From NCBI GenBank assembly GCA_039821125.1, contig JBCBOR010000018.1, positions 1,160 to 65,159 of the forward strand: a stretch of 64,000 bases of DNA, read 5' to 3'. Origin of the DNA: Pseudomonadota bacterium. Its GTDB lineage: Bacteria; Pseudomonadota; Alphaproteobacteria; Rhodobacterales; Rhodobacteraceae. Made by a program: the position numbers and the translations under genes. This document shows positions 37,398 to 46,513 of the stretch, piece by piece (the stretch's first letter is position 1; the number at the start of each line of letters is the position of its first letter). The notes beneath the pieces were generated by a model. That model was not told the DNA's origin. It did not search any database and saw only the letters and a list, made by a program, of their open reading frames with translations.

Positions 37398-38663
37398 TCA
37401 GCTGTCAGGGAGCAGGTCGCTGACCTCTTCGGACAGCTCTTCCTGCAGTTCTTTCATGTCGTCGTACTCGCCCGTGACGATGCCCTCGATCCCGTCATAG
37501 ATGACCTGGGTGATCGCGAGGCCATTGTCGCCCGGATAGGCCTGCCAGTCGCGCAGCAGCGGAAGCTGGCGGACAGCCGTCTCCTTGTTCGGGTTCTCGG
37601 TATAGAAATCCGCGAGGATGATCTCGTTGGCGGCCTTGTTCGGCGGCATGTAGCCGGTGGTGCGCGCCACGTCTGCGGCCCCCTCACCCGAGGTGATGAA
37701 CTTCAGCCACTTCCAAGCTGCTTCCAGCTCTTTGGGATCTTCCGAGGTCGACACCAGCATGGCCGAGTTGCCGCCCGCCGGCAGACCAAGCGGTCCCGAT
37801 GACGCGAGGCCCGGGAACTCGTTGGTCATCAGCGTGAACTCACCCTGGGACCGCTCGACCGCGCCAAGCGCCGAGGTCGACCAGAACATCATGGCGATCT
37901 CACCGGCCGAGAACGAGGCGAGCGCGCCCTTCCATTCCAGGTTCTGCATATCGCAGCCGCGGAAGATGCCCTTCATTGTGTCCAGTGCGGTCAACGCTTC
38001 CGGGCTGTCGATGGTCACTTTGCTCGAGGCATCGACAATCGCGCTGTCCTGGCTCCAGAGCAGGGCTTGCAGGAACCAGTTGCCGGTGATGTTCCAGCCC
38101 CAGAAGATCGGGTTCTTCACACCGGCTTCCCGCAGCTTCCCGCAGGTCTCTACAACCTCTTCCCATGTTTTGGGCAGTTGGTCCTGGCTGGTGATGCCGG
38201 CCTTGGCCATCAGGTCCATGTTGTAGTACCCGACAGGCAGCGAGACCGAGAACGGCAGGCCGTGCACTTCCTCGTTGAAGGTGCCCAGATCCAGCATCGC
38301 CTTGTGATAGCCGTCTTTCGCAAAGTCGGCTTCCTTGGCAATGAACGGTTCGAGCGACTTGGCGATGCCCTTTTCGACCAGCGGCTGCTGGCGGTTCAGA
38401 CCCTGCATCGTGACATCGGGCAGGGTGCCCGCGACGGACTCGCGCAGGATCGTGTTGGTGCCATCCTCATAGCTTTCGTAGGCGGCCCGCATCTTGATCT
38501 CGATGCCCGGGTTTTCGGCGTAGAACTTGGGCAGGATCTTCTCGTAGGTCACGTCAAAAAGGTGACTGTAGGGATAGGCGAACTCGACGACGATCTTGTC
38601 CTCGGCGGCTGCCTGTCCGGTCAGCGCTGCCAGCACTGCGGCAGTGGCCAACATGCGTTTCAT
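37398..38663 (-). CDS. CUT1-family ABC transporter substrate-binding protein (UgpB-like)
   Basis: Signal peptide MKRMLATAAVLAALTGQAAA. 421-aa SBP. Sits next to the phosphodiesterase and the permease genes. Confidence 0.85.
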   Translation of the reverse strand: MKRMLATAAVLAALTGQAAAEDKIVVEFAYPYSHLFDVTYEKILPKFYAENPGIEIKMRAAYESYEDGTNTILRESVAGTLPDVTMQGLNRQQPLVEKGIAKSLEPFIAKEADFAKDGYHKAMLDLGTFNEEVHGLPFSVSLPVGYYNMDLMAKAGITSQDQLPKTWEEVVETCGKLREAGVKNPIFWGWNITGNWFLQALLWSQDSAIVDASSKVTIDSPEALTALDTMKGIFRGCDMQNLEWKGALASFSAGEIAMMFWSTSALGAVERSQGEFTLMTNEFPGLASSGPLGLPAGGNSAMLVSTSEDPKELEAAWKWLKFITSGEGAADVARTTGYMPPNKAANEIILADFYTENPNKETAVRQLPLLRDWQAYPGDNGLAITQVIYDGIEGIVTGEYDDMKELQEELSEEVSDLLPDS

Positions 38664-38764
38664 GGGATACTCCTCTTCCCTGTCAGAAGGCGGTCAGGGG
38701 TGGACGCCAATCCTGAGCCCCTGCTCGCCAGTTGTGTCCCGCTTCATCTGCGGGCGCTCTGTCA

Positions 38765-38791
38765 GTAGGGTGGGGTTGAACCCCACCCTAC
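38765..38791 (-). repeat. 11-bp perfect palindromic stem-loop GTAGGGTGGGG-TTGAA-CCCCACCCTAC overlapping the permease stop codon
   Basis: Read directly. The TAG stop of the 38788..39861 gene (38790-38788) lies inside the right arm. Confidence 0.8.
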
Positions 38792-39861
38792 TTCATTCCA
38801 GTCAGTGTAATCCCCTCGATGAAGCGGCGCTGGGCCAGCAGGAACGCGACGATCAGCGGGGTCACGATCACGGTGGCCGTTGCCATCATCGGGCCGAAGA
38901 ACGAGCCGTCCGCATCGCCCTTGAACTCGCGCAGGCCCAGCGGCGGGGTGAAGAGATCACGCGTTCCCGTCACCACGATGCGCGGCCAGAAATAGTCGTT
39001 CCAGTGCGCCACGACCGAAAAGATCGCAAAGGCCAGCAGCGCCGGGATCGCCGTTGGCAGCATGACCTTCCAGATGATCCCGAACTCGGTCATCCCGTCC
39101 ATGCGGGCGGCATCGATCAGGTCATCGGGCACCGTCATGAAGAACTGGCGCATCAGAAAGATCCCGAAGACCGAGATCGTCCACGGGATGATCAACGCCG
39201 CGTAACTGTTCGTCAGGCCAAGATGAGAGAGGCCGAGATAGAGCGGCAGGGCAATCGCGTGGACCGGAATAAGCAGGCAAAACAACACCATAGAGAAGAC
39301 AAAGTCCCGCCCGCGCCAGCGCAGCTTGGCCAGCGCATAGGCGCAGGGCAGCGCGACGATCACCTGGATCAGAAAGATCGAGGCGGTCACGATCACACCG
39401 TTCAGAAGGTAGCGCAGCAGCGGTGCTTCCTGGAACGCCATGGAGTAGTTGAAAACAACCGGAAGGCTGGAACAGTCGGCCTCGATCCGCTCCATCATGG
39501 CGGTCTTGATCTCGCGGTCGGTCTTGCCCGGAAAGTCCGGGCGTGCGGCCTCGATGGTGGTGCGATCCGGCTCGGCGCGCTTGGCACAGCGCTCGTTCAC
39601 CATCAATTCCTGAGCGCCGAAAAAGCCGCCGACATTGCGCTCGATCTCGTGTGGGGCCTTCAGCGAATAGCTGAGCATCACGTAGAACGGCAGCAGAACG
39701 ATCAGTGCGCCGACGATCAGAACGGCGTGCTTGATTGCCTCCCCGGTTGACCACCCCAGCCGGGATGCCGGGCGTATGGCAGCCGTATGGCTTGCGTCTG
39801 GCACGGGTATGGCAGGCGTATGGCTCACGTCTGGCACCTGTATGGACAGAATGTCGGCCAT
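38788..39861 (-). CDS. CUT1 ABC transporter permease (UgpE-like) with an unusual repeat-encoded N-terminus
   Basis: EAA loop DAARMDGMTEFGIIWKVMLP. The only ATG upstream of TM1 is at 39861, which puts the 11-nt repeat array (39774-39850) inside the first 30 codons. The true start is uncertain. Confidence 0.8.
   Translation of the reverse strand: MADILSIQVPDVSHTPAIPVPDASHTAAIRPASRLGWSTGEAIKHAVLIVGALIVLLPFYVMLSYSLKAPHEIERNVGGFFGAQELMVNERCAKRAEPDRTTIEAARPDFPGKTDREIKTAMMERIEADCSSLPVVFNYSMAFQEAPLLRYLLNGVIVTASIFLIQVIVALPCAYALAKLRWRGRDFVFSMVLFCLLIPVHAIALPLYLGLSHLGLTNSYAALIIPWTISVFGIFLMRQFFMTVPDDLIDAARMDGMTEFGIIWKVMLPTAIPALLAFAIFSVVAHWNDYFWPRIVVTGTRDLFTPPLGLREFKGDADGSFFGPMMATATVIVTPLIVAFLLAQRRFIEGITLTGMK
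39774..39850 (-). repeat. Seven tandem 11-nt units (plus strand GT[A/C]TGGC plus 4 variable nt) with a 33-nt super-period
   Basis: Read directly: gtatggcagcc gtatggcttgc gtctggcacgg gtatggcaggc gtatggctcac gtctggcacct gtatggacaga. On the coding strand each unit is nnnnGCCA[T/G]AC. Confidence 0.9.
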
Positions 39862-39946
39862 TTCGCCGCGACCACGCGCTTTGCAAAGCGCGTGGTGAAA
39901 GGCGCGTCGACGCGCCTTCTGCCGCGCTTGGGGCTGGCGTTGCAGG

Positions 39947-40867
39947 TCATGAATAGTGCACCCGCCGCTCGACCAGCCACCGCTGGATCAGGGTGAGGCC
40001 CAGCACAAAGATCAGGAAGATCATCGTGATCGCCGAGCCCAGCCCGATCAGGTTCTGCTGGATGCCCTTTTCGAAGATCGCGAACATCATCACGTAGACG
40101 GATTTCGACGGCCCACCGCCTTGCGGGTAGAACGCCTCGACCGTGTCGAAGACCTGAAAGGACCGGATGCAGGTGATGGTCACAACGAAGACGGTCGTCG
40201 GCCCCAGCATCGGCCACGTGACCAGACGGAAACGCTCCCACCCTGACTTGGCGCCGTCCATCTCGGCCGCGTGGTAAAGCTCACGCGGGATCGATGTCAG
40301 CCCCGCCAGATAGAGCACCATGTTGAAGCCGAACCCCTGCCAGACGCCGATAAAGCTGACAGTCCAGATCGCGTAGTCCCTGTCGCCAAGCCACAGCGGG
40401 AACGTCCGCTCGCAGCCCTGCCGGAAGAAGGCAAACCACTCCAGCCAGGTGCCGCAGCCCCGGGCCAGCGTCTGGTTGATCAGCCCGACCGACGGGTGCA
40501 GCGTGAATTCCCAGACGATCGCCATCGCCAGCAGCGCGGCCATGACCGGCAGAAAGTAGATCGTCTTGTAGACATCGCCGAACCGGCTGACCGAGTTGAT
40601 CAACAGCGCGGCCCCCAGCCCTAACCCGACAGCAAGCGGGACGACGACCAGCACATAGGTCAACGTCGCGGTGAACATCTTCTGGAATGAGGACCGGCTG
40701 ACGATGCGGTCATAATTCTTCCACGCAACCCAATTGAAGCTGTCATTTCCGAGCGAATAGTCGGTGAACGAGAGCGTCGCCGCCACGATGATCGGCAGGA
40801 TCAAAATGGCGATCATCAAGAAGATGGCAGGGGCCACGAACAGGATATGGGCGCGAGAGCGGGGCAT
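39947..40867 (-). CDS. CUT1 ABC transporter permease (UgpA-like)
   Basis: Six TM segments and an EAA loop HAAEMDGAKSGWERFRLVTWPML. The start abuts the stop of the ATPase gene. Confidence 0.88.
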   Translation of the reverse strand: MPRSRAHILFVAPAIFLMIAILILPIIVAATLSFTDYSLGNDSFNWVAWKNYDRIVSRSSFQKMFTATLTYVLVVVPLAVGLGLGAALLINSVSRFGDVYKTIYFLPVMAALLAMAIVWEFTLHPSVGLINQTLARGCGTWLEWFAFFRQGCERTFPLWLGDRDYAIWTVSFIGVWQGFGFNMVLYLAGLTSIPRELYHAAEMDGAKSGWERFRLVTWPMLGPTTVFVVTITCIRSFQVFDTVEAFYPQGGGPSKSVYVMMFAIFEKGIQQNLIGLGSAITMIFLIFVLGLTLIQRWLVERRVHYS

Positions 40868-42019
40868 TTAGGCGACGACGGCCTGACGTGTCTCGACCGG
40901 CTCTTGCAGGTGCAGCCGCGCACCGTCCGCTCCGAACGCCATGGCCCGCCCGGGCAGCGGGATCGCATGCACGGTGTCACCGGTCCTGAGCGTTGACGCG
41001 GCGAGCGGGTCGGCGCGCACGACCATACGCTGGGATCCGATATCGACATGCAGGAAGAGATCCGAGCCGAGGTTCTCCCGGTGGACGACATTGCCCGAGA
41101 TGGTGCCCTCGCCGAACTCGGGCACCAGTTGCAGGTGCTCTGGCCGCAAGCCCACCGTGATCCGCCCTGCATGGGCGGGATCGACCCGGCGAGTCAGCGT
41201 CGCGCCGCTGACATGGATCGTGCCGTCGCTCGCGGCCTCGGCCTCCAGCGCGTTGATCTTGGGCGAGCCGATGAACTGTGCCACCTGCAGATCCTTGGGA
41301 TCGTCGTAGACTTTGGCCGGGGGCGCCAGTTGCAGGATCTCGCCGCCCATCATGACCGCCATGCGGTCGGACATGGTCAGCGCCTCGGCCTGATCGTGGG
41401 TCACGTAGATGAAGGTCACACCGAGGTCGCGGTGCAACTCGGCCAATTCGGCCCGCATGTGAACCCGCAGGGCGGCATCCAGGTTGGACAGCGGCTCGTC
41501 CATCAGGAAGGCGACGGGTTTGCGGACCATGGCGCGGCCAAGAGCGGCCCGCTGTCGCTGGCCACCTGAAAGCTGCCCCGGCTTGCGGTCGAGCAGGGGG
41601 CCGATCTGCAGCACATCCGCGGTTTCCTTGATGTGCCGGGCAATCTCTGCGTGCTTGGCGCCGGCGATCATCCGGCCAATCAGCGGAAACCGCTCGAAGA
41701 ACCCAAGCTCGCGCAGGCGCAGGGGCACCGCCATGTTCTGGGCCACGGTCAGGTGCGGATAGAGCGCGTAGGACTGGAACACCATCGCCAGATTGCGCTC
41801 GGCGGCGCGAACGCCGTTGACCGGTCGGTCCTCGATGTGCACGTCTCCGCCGCCCTGGTGTTCAAGCCCTGCAATGATGCGCAGCAGGGTGGACTTGCCG
41901 CAGCCGGACGGCCCGACGAGCGTCAGGAACTCGCCATCGCGAATATCGAGGTCTATGCCCTTCAGAACGGAGACGTCGCCGAAGGACTTGGTGATTTTGT
42001 TCAGGCGTATTCCGGCCAT
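40868..42019 (-). CDS. CUT1 ABC transporter ATP-binding protein (UgpC/MalK-like)
   Basis: Walker [25 protein letters not shown] and [11 protein letters not shown]. First gene of the operon. Confidence 0.92.
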   Translation of the reverse strand: MAGIRLNKITKSFGDVSVLKGIDLDIRDGEFLTLVGPSGCGKSTLLRIIAGLEHQGGGDVHIEDRPVNGVRAAERNLAMVFQSYALYPHLTVAQNMAVPLRLRELGFFERFPLIGRMIAGAKHAEIARHIKETADVLQIGPLLDRKPGQLSGGQRQRAALGRAMVRKPVAFLMDEPLSNLDAALRVHMRAELAELHRDLGVTFIYVTHDQAEALTMSDRMAVMMGGEILQLAPPAKVYDDPKDLQVAQFIGSPKINALEAEAASDGTIHVSGATLTRRVDPAHAGRITVGLRPEHLQLVPEFGEGTISGNVVHRENLGSDLFLHVDIGSQRMVVRADPLAASTLRTGDTVHAIPLPGRAMAFGADGARLHLQEPVETRQAVVA

Positions 42020-42067
42020 GCCTGTTGCACTCGCAAGAATCTGATCTCATGTGCGTAGCAAGTTTCC

Positions 42068-42085
42068 GCGACCGTTCAGTGACAT
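42068..42085 (-). promoter_or_regulatory. Candidate Pho box upstream of the UgpC-like operon
   Basis: The minus strand reads ATGTCAC-TGAA-CGGTCGC (7+4+7), compared with the CTGTCAT-N4-CTGTCAT consensus. It lies 49-66 nt upstream of ATG 42019. Only a partial match. Confidence 0.2.
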
Positions 42086-42225
42086 GTGGGCGGACGCCGC
42101 CGGTGGATCGAGCGCGGTCGGTCGAGCAGCCTGCCGGGGACGTGGCTGTTCGCCCTCGGTTTCCCGGTCTCAAAGGTCAAAAAAAAATCAATCCGGGGAG
42201 CCTTGCGTCGACAAAGACGGGAAGA

Positions 42226-43140
42226 TCAATCCGCGTGCGCCAGCGCGATCGCGATTTCGGATGCCAAGGCTGCGTTGTTCTTGATCAAGGCGACGTTTGC
42301 CTCAAGCGAAAGGCCATCCGTCAGATCAAGAACCTGATCGAGCAGGTACGGTGTTACGGCCTTGCCGGTAATCCCGCGATCATCTGCTGTCCTCAGTGCT
42401 GTCTCGATATGCGGTCCGAGGACGTCCGAGGAGATTTCATCCTGCGCCGGTATCGGGTTCCCGACGAGTTGGCCGCCAGCAAGCGTCATGGCCGCGCGCA
42501 ACCGGTGCGACCGAGCGATCTTGTCGGCGCTGTCGACGCTGATCGGAACAGGGATGCCGCTGCTTCTTGACCAGAAGGCCGGGAACATCGTCGTCCTGTA
42601 GCCGATCACCGGCACGCCGAGCGTCTCCAGCACTTCCAGCGTTTTGGGGATGTCCAGGATTGCCTTCGCTCCGGAGGCAACGACGGTGACGGGCGTCCGG
42701 GCGAGTTCCTGCAGGTCGGCGGATATGTCGAAGGATGTCTCTGCACCGCGGTGCACGCCGCCGATGCCGCCCGTTGCAAAGACCTCGATCCCAGCCAGAT
42801 GCGCGGCGATCATCGTGGCGGCAACCGTGGTTGATCCCGTTGCTCCGTCCACAAGCGCAGCCGCCATGTCGGCGCGCGAGAGTTTGCGCACATTGGAGGC
42901 CGTGGAGAGCATCTGAAGGTCTTTGTGATCGAGACCGACCCGAAGGGTGCCGTCGATCACCGCAATCGTGGCCGGGGTTGCGCCCCGGTCCCGCACGACG
43001 GCCTCGACGGCCAGAGCGGTCTCGAGATTCTGCGGGCTCGGCAATCCATGTGTGATGATCGTCGACTCGAGCGCCACGACCGGATCGTTGCGCCGGAGGG
43101 CGTCTGCGACAGTCTGGGACAGGATAAGGGGTGGTTTCAT
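42226..43140 (-). CDS. psuG: Pseudouridine-5'-phosphate glycosidase (YeiN/PsuG)
   Basis: Near-collinear with the E. coli YeiN sequence as I remember it: PVVALESTIITHG, FATGGIGGVHRGAETSFDISADLQELA and GNPIP. Start at ATG 43140, in an ATGA overlap with psuK. Confidence 0.92.
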   Translation of the reverse strand: MKPPLILSQTVADALRRNDPVVALESTIITHGLPSPQNLETALAVEAVVRDRGATPATIAVIDGTLRVGLDHKDLQMLSTASNVRKLSRADMAAALVDGATGSTTVAATMIAAHLAGIEVFATGGIGGVHRGAETSFDISADLQELARTPVTVVASGAKAILDIPKTLEVLETLGVPVIGYRTTMFPAFWSRSSGIPVPISVDSADKIARSHRLRAAMTLAGGQLVGNPIPAQDEISSDVLGPHIETALRTADDRGITGKAVTPYLLDQVLDLTDGLSLEANVALIKNNAALASEIAIALAHAD

Positions 43141-44021
43141 GCGGCCTCGCCGTTCTGCATATGCGCCGCTGCAGCGCTCAACGCAAATCTCAAGCTGTCG
43201 CCCGGCGCGTCTTGGCGGTCCTGTGATGCCAGGAAGGCTGACATGAGCGCATCGCCCGCACCGGTGATCGAAGCCGCCCCTGGCGTTTGCGGCGGGTTGG
43301 CCGTGACGACCTCGTCCGGTGTTGCCAACGCTGCCGGCCGCGGTCCATCGGTCACCAGGGCTGTCGCTGTGCACCTCGCCTGCAATGCTCGCGCGGCGTC
43401 GATACTGGTGTTGAAGGATCGCTCCAAAAGAACGCAGGCCTCCGCAAGGTTCACAACCAGCGTGGGAGCAACGTCACCGGACAGCAAAACACCGAGCCGG
43501 TGTGCCTTGGCCGGGCTGACCGGGTTCGCAATGATCCTCGCGCCCGCCTTTGCGCCATGGTGCGCGATCTTCTGCAAGGCTGTGGCTGCAAGGTTGGCCT
43601 CCAGCACAACAGTCGACACCGACGCAAGCGCCGATATCGCCTGCTCGACCACCGTATCGGCGCTGTTGTCGAGAAGCGCTGTGTCGGCGATCGCGGCAAA
43701 CAGGGCCTTTCGGTCATCTTCGATCGCGATGTAGTGACCGGTCGCAGCCCCCTCGATCCTGGCCATATAGGTGGACGCCACACCTGAATTTTCGAGGTGA
43801 TTGATCAGCGCGCTCCCCTCCGCATCATCGCCGACGGCTGAACAGAGACTGACGCGAATGCCGTGACGCGCCAGCCCGAGTGCCAGGTTCAGCGCCACAC
43901 CGCCGGGGCGACGCTCGACCCGGCCCGTCACATCATCACCCATGGCGAGCTTTGTGCTGGTCCTGCCGATGATGTCCCAATGCGCGGCGCCCACGCAGAG
44001 CATGAAGGATGGGTTCTGCAT
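43137..44021 (-). CDS. psuK: PfkB-family carbohydrate kinase (pseudouridine kinase-like)
   Basis: GGVALNLALGLARHG and C-terminal TGAGDALMSAF (PfkB anion-hole motif). ATG 44021 shares one base with the P450 stop (TGATG). Confidence 0.8.
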   Translation of the reverse strand: MQNPSFMLCVGAAHWDIIGRTSTKLAMGDDVTGRVERRPGGVALNLALGLARHGIRVSLCSAVGDDAEGSALINHLENSGVASTYMARIEGAATGHYIAIEDDRKALFAAIADTALLDNSADTVVEQAISALASVSTVVLEANLAATALQKIAHHGAKAGARIIANPVSPAKAHRLGVLLSGDVAPTLVVNLAEACVLLERSFNTSIDAARALQARCTATALVTDGPRPAALATPDEVVTANPPQTPGAASITGAGDALMSAFLASQDRQDAPGDSLRFALSAAAAHMQNGEAA

Positions 44022-45235
44022 CAATGGGCCGCCTGTGCGCGTGGTCTTTCGGCAAGGTGCAACGCGGTCAGACCGCGAAAGTGATAGGCATTGCGGTATG
44101 GACCTGGCTGAACGCGAAACTCTGACCCCAGCACATCAAACAAGGTGCTGAGCGCGATCTGCATCTCGATCCTTGCGAGCGGTGCGCCGACGCAAAAGTG
44201 CACGCCGCCGCCCAGCGATACGTGTCGGGGACGAACCCGCGCTGGATCGAAAATCTCAGGCAAGCGGTTCGCGCGTTCATCGTGATTGGCCGAGCCAATG
44301 AGCAGGCCCACCTGCGCGCCTTTCTTCAGGGCAACACCGTTCCAGTCGAGATCGTTCAGCACATAGCGCGTGAACATGTGAAGGGGCGGGTCGAACCGCA
44401 GCAGTTCTTCGACGACATTCCCCGAGATCTCATCACGCAGAGGCACGTCATGGCCGAGCAAGGTCCGGATCGAATTGCCGAGTGCATGCACAGTCGCTTC
44501 ATGCCCCGCGTTCAACAACAGGATCGCGGTGGCCACGACCTCATCGACGGACAGCCGGTCGCCAGCTTCTTCCGTCGCGATGAGAACGCTCAGAAGATCC
44601 TCGGCAGGATCTTGCCTGCGGCGCCGGATCAGATCGCGTATATAGGTCGAGAACGCCTGCGTCGCGGCTGAGGCACTGTCCTCGATCTCGCGGTCCCGCC
44701 GGGCCTGATACAGTGCGACCATTCGATGGGACCAGTCCAGAAGTTGAGGGGCCATGTCGAGCGGGACACCAAGCAGTTCTGCGATGATCGTGATGGGAAT
44801 GGGCGTGCAGTAGCGCTCGATTAGATCATCGCCCTCTTTCAGCCCTTGCGCCAGCTCAAACGCCAGCGTTTGAATGCGCGGGCGCAGGCCCTCGATGCTG
44901 GCCGATACGAAGGCCCGATTGATCAGGGATCGAAGACGGGTGTGTTTGGGCGGCTCTTTTTCGAGCAGCGAGTGCGCCTCGAACGCATAAAACGCCTCGA
45001 GATGCTCGGGTATCGGATCCCATCCCAGTTCCTCGCGCGTCGCGAGGTGCAGAATCTCACGACCGAACCGGCGATCGCGAAAAATCGCGTTCACGTCCTC
45101 GAACCGGGGGAAAACCCACATGTCGTACTCGTCCCACCAGAACACCTCGTGTTGCCGGAAGGATCGATAGACCGGGTAGGGGTTCTGCACGAACGTCGGA
45201 CAGGTCGGTGACTGGCAGATGGTGGGACGGGACAT
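44021..45235 (-). CDS. Cytochrome P450
   Basis: Heme-binding loop SLGGGVHFCVGAPLAR, ExxR (EELLRF) and I-helix LLNAGHEAT. Confidence 0.92.
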   Translation of the reverse strand: MSRPTICQSPTCPTFVQNPYPVYRSFRQHEVFWWDEYDMWVFPRFEDVNAIFRDRRFGREILHLATREELGWDPIPEHLEAFYAFEAHSLLEKEPPKHTRLRSLINRAFVSASIEGLRPRIQTLAFELAQGLKEGDDLIERYCTPIPITIIAELLGVPLDMAPQLLDWSHRMVALYQARRDREIEDSASAATQAFSTYIRDLIRRRRQDPAEDLLSVLIATEEAGDRLSVDEVVATAILLLNAGHEATVHALGNSIRTLLGHDVPLRDEISGNVVEELLRFDPPLHMFTRYVLNDLDWNGVALKKGAQVGLLIGSANHDERANRLPEIFDPARVRPRHVSLGGGVHFCVGAPLARIEMQIALSTLFDVLGSEFRVQPGPYRNAYHFRGLTALHLAERPRAQAAH

Positions 45236-45320
45236 CCCACAAGTGTCGCCTGACCGTTCAGCCGGCGCAACGGATCATTGAAGATCGGTGCGCATCACCG
45301 CTTCCGGACCCCTGCGGCGC

Positions 45321-46508
45321 TTAAGACAAGGCGACCGGCACGGACAGTGGACCCCGAAAGGCCCAGCCGCCGAACGCGACGTCATCGACCAGCCGCAGGT
45401 TCGGGAAGCGCTGAAACAGCTTTGGAAGTGCGACATCCGCGATGAGCGTCTTCGATGCAGCGGCACCGGCGCAGAAGTGCGGCCCGGCGCCGAACGGGAT
45501 CGCCTGACGATTGTCGCGCGAGATGTCAAACAGCTCCGGATCGTCAAAGACTCGCGGGTCGCGGTTGGCGGCGCCGAACATCAGGAACACGCGCTGGCCT
45601 GGTTCAAAGGCGTACTCCAGCACGGTCTCGGCACGCGCGATCTCGCGTGGCGACATTCCGATCGGGGAGACCCAGCGGGCATATTCTTCGAACGCGTCGG
45701 CATAGCTCGCCTGTCCCGCTGCGAGCTTTTCGAATTGGCCCGGGTGCGCAAGCAGCGCCCACGCCGTTCCCGCAATCGCGTCACGTGGTTCGTTCTGTCC
45801 CCCCGAGATCGTCAGTTTCACATTCGCCCGGGTCGAGGCCATTTTCAGACCCGCCGCGAGTTGCACCGATAACAATGACGTGTCCGGCTCTGCCTTGAGC
45901 GCCGGCACCATGCGATCAATGTGCTCGTCGATATAGGCGGTCGCGGCATGGCACCGTTCCTCGACCTCAGGATCGCCAATGTAGTTCGCACAGCCGTCCA
46001 GCATGTGCTGGCTGACGCGATCCATCTCATGGGTCGGCATCTCGGTGAGGCCCGTGATCACCTTCAGCGCCTCGCCACAGACCGGCATGGCGTAGTCGCG
46101 CACCAGATCGCAGGTGGCGGCGGTTTCAAGCCCATCCAGTATCCGATCCGCGGCGTCATGAAACTTCTGTGCCCAAACCTGCCGAACCGTTCTGGGGCTC
46201 AGCGCGGGAAAGGCGATCTTGCGCTCGACCAGATGATCGTCACCATCCTTGCGCATCATGTTCTCGCCCATCAGAATCGTCATCAGACCGTCCGGCTGCC
46301 GGGACGAGAACACGTCGATGCGTTTCTCCTGCTCGAAGATATCATTGCGCCGCGTGATCAGGACGGCGTTCAATTCCGGCACCTCAACCGCAGGCGCCAT
46401 GGCCTGAATGCGTTTCAGATCCGGATACGGATCCTGCCAGAACGCTTTGGGATCAATGGAATATGTTGGAGGCAACGTCCTTCCTCCCCCCGCGACGAGA
46501 TCATGCAT
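45321..46508 (-). CDS. Cytochrome P450 (second, divergent copy)
   Basis: Heme-binding loop PFGAGPHFCAGAAASK. 395 aa. Confidence 0.9.
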   Translation of the reverse strand: MHDLVAGGGRTLPPTYSIDPKAFWQDPYPDLKRIQAMAPAVEVPELNAVLITRRNDIFEQEKRIDVFSSRQPDGLMTILMGENMMRKDGDDHLVERKIAFPALSPRTVRQVWAQKFHDAADRILDGLETAATCDLVRDYAMPVCGEALKVITGLTEMPTHEMDRVSQHMLDGCANYIGDPEVEERCHAATAYIDEHIDRMVPALKAEPDTSLLSVQLAAGLKMASTRANVKLTISGGQNEPRDAIAGTAWALLAHPGQFEKLAAGQASYADAFEEYARWVSPIGMSPREIARAETVLEYAFEPGQRVFLMFGAANRDPRVFDDPELFDISRDNRQAIPFGAGPHFCAGAAASKTLIADVALPKLFQRFPNLRLVDDVAFGGWAFRGPLSVPVALS

Positions 46509-46513
46509 TCACG

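Noticed and set aside
39774-39850. Possible CRISPR array or minisatellite.
   Set aside because: The units are only 11 nt and contiguous, with no spacers, and there are no cas genes. It is reported as a tandem repeat or candidate regulatory array instead.
42179-42225. A9/T9 run (42179-42187) and a 9-bp direct repeat ATCAATCCG downstream of psuG, considered as a possible intrinsic terminator.
   Set aside because: I could not find a stable GC-rich hairpin immediately upstream of the T-run on the transcribed strand, so it does not meet the terminator pattern.
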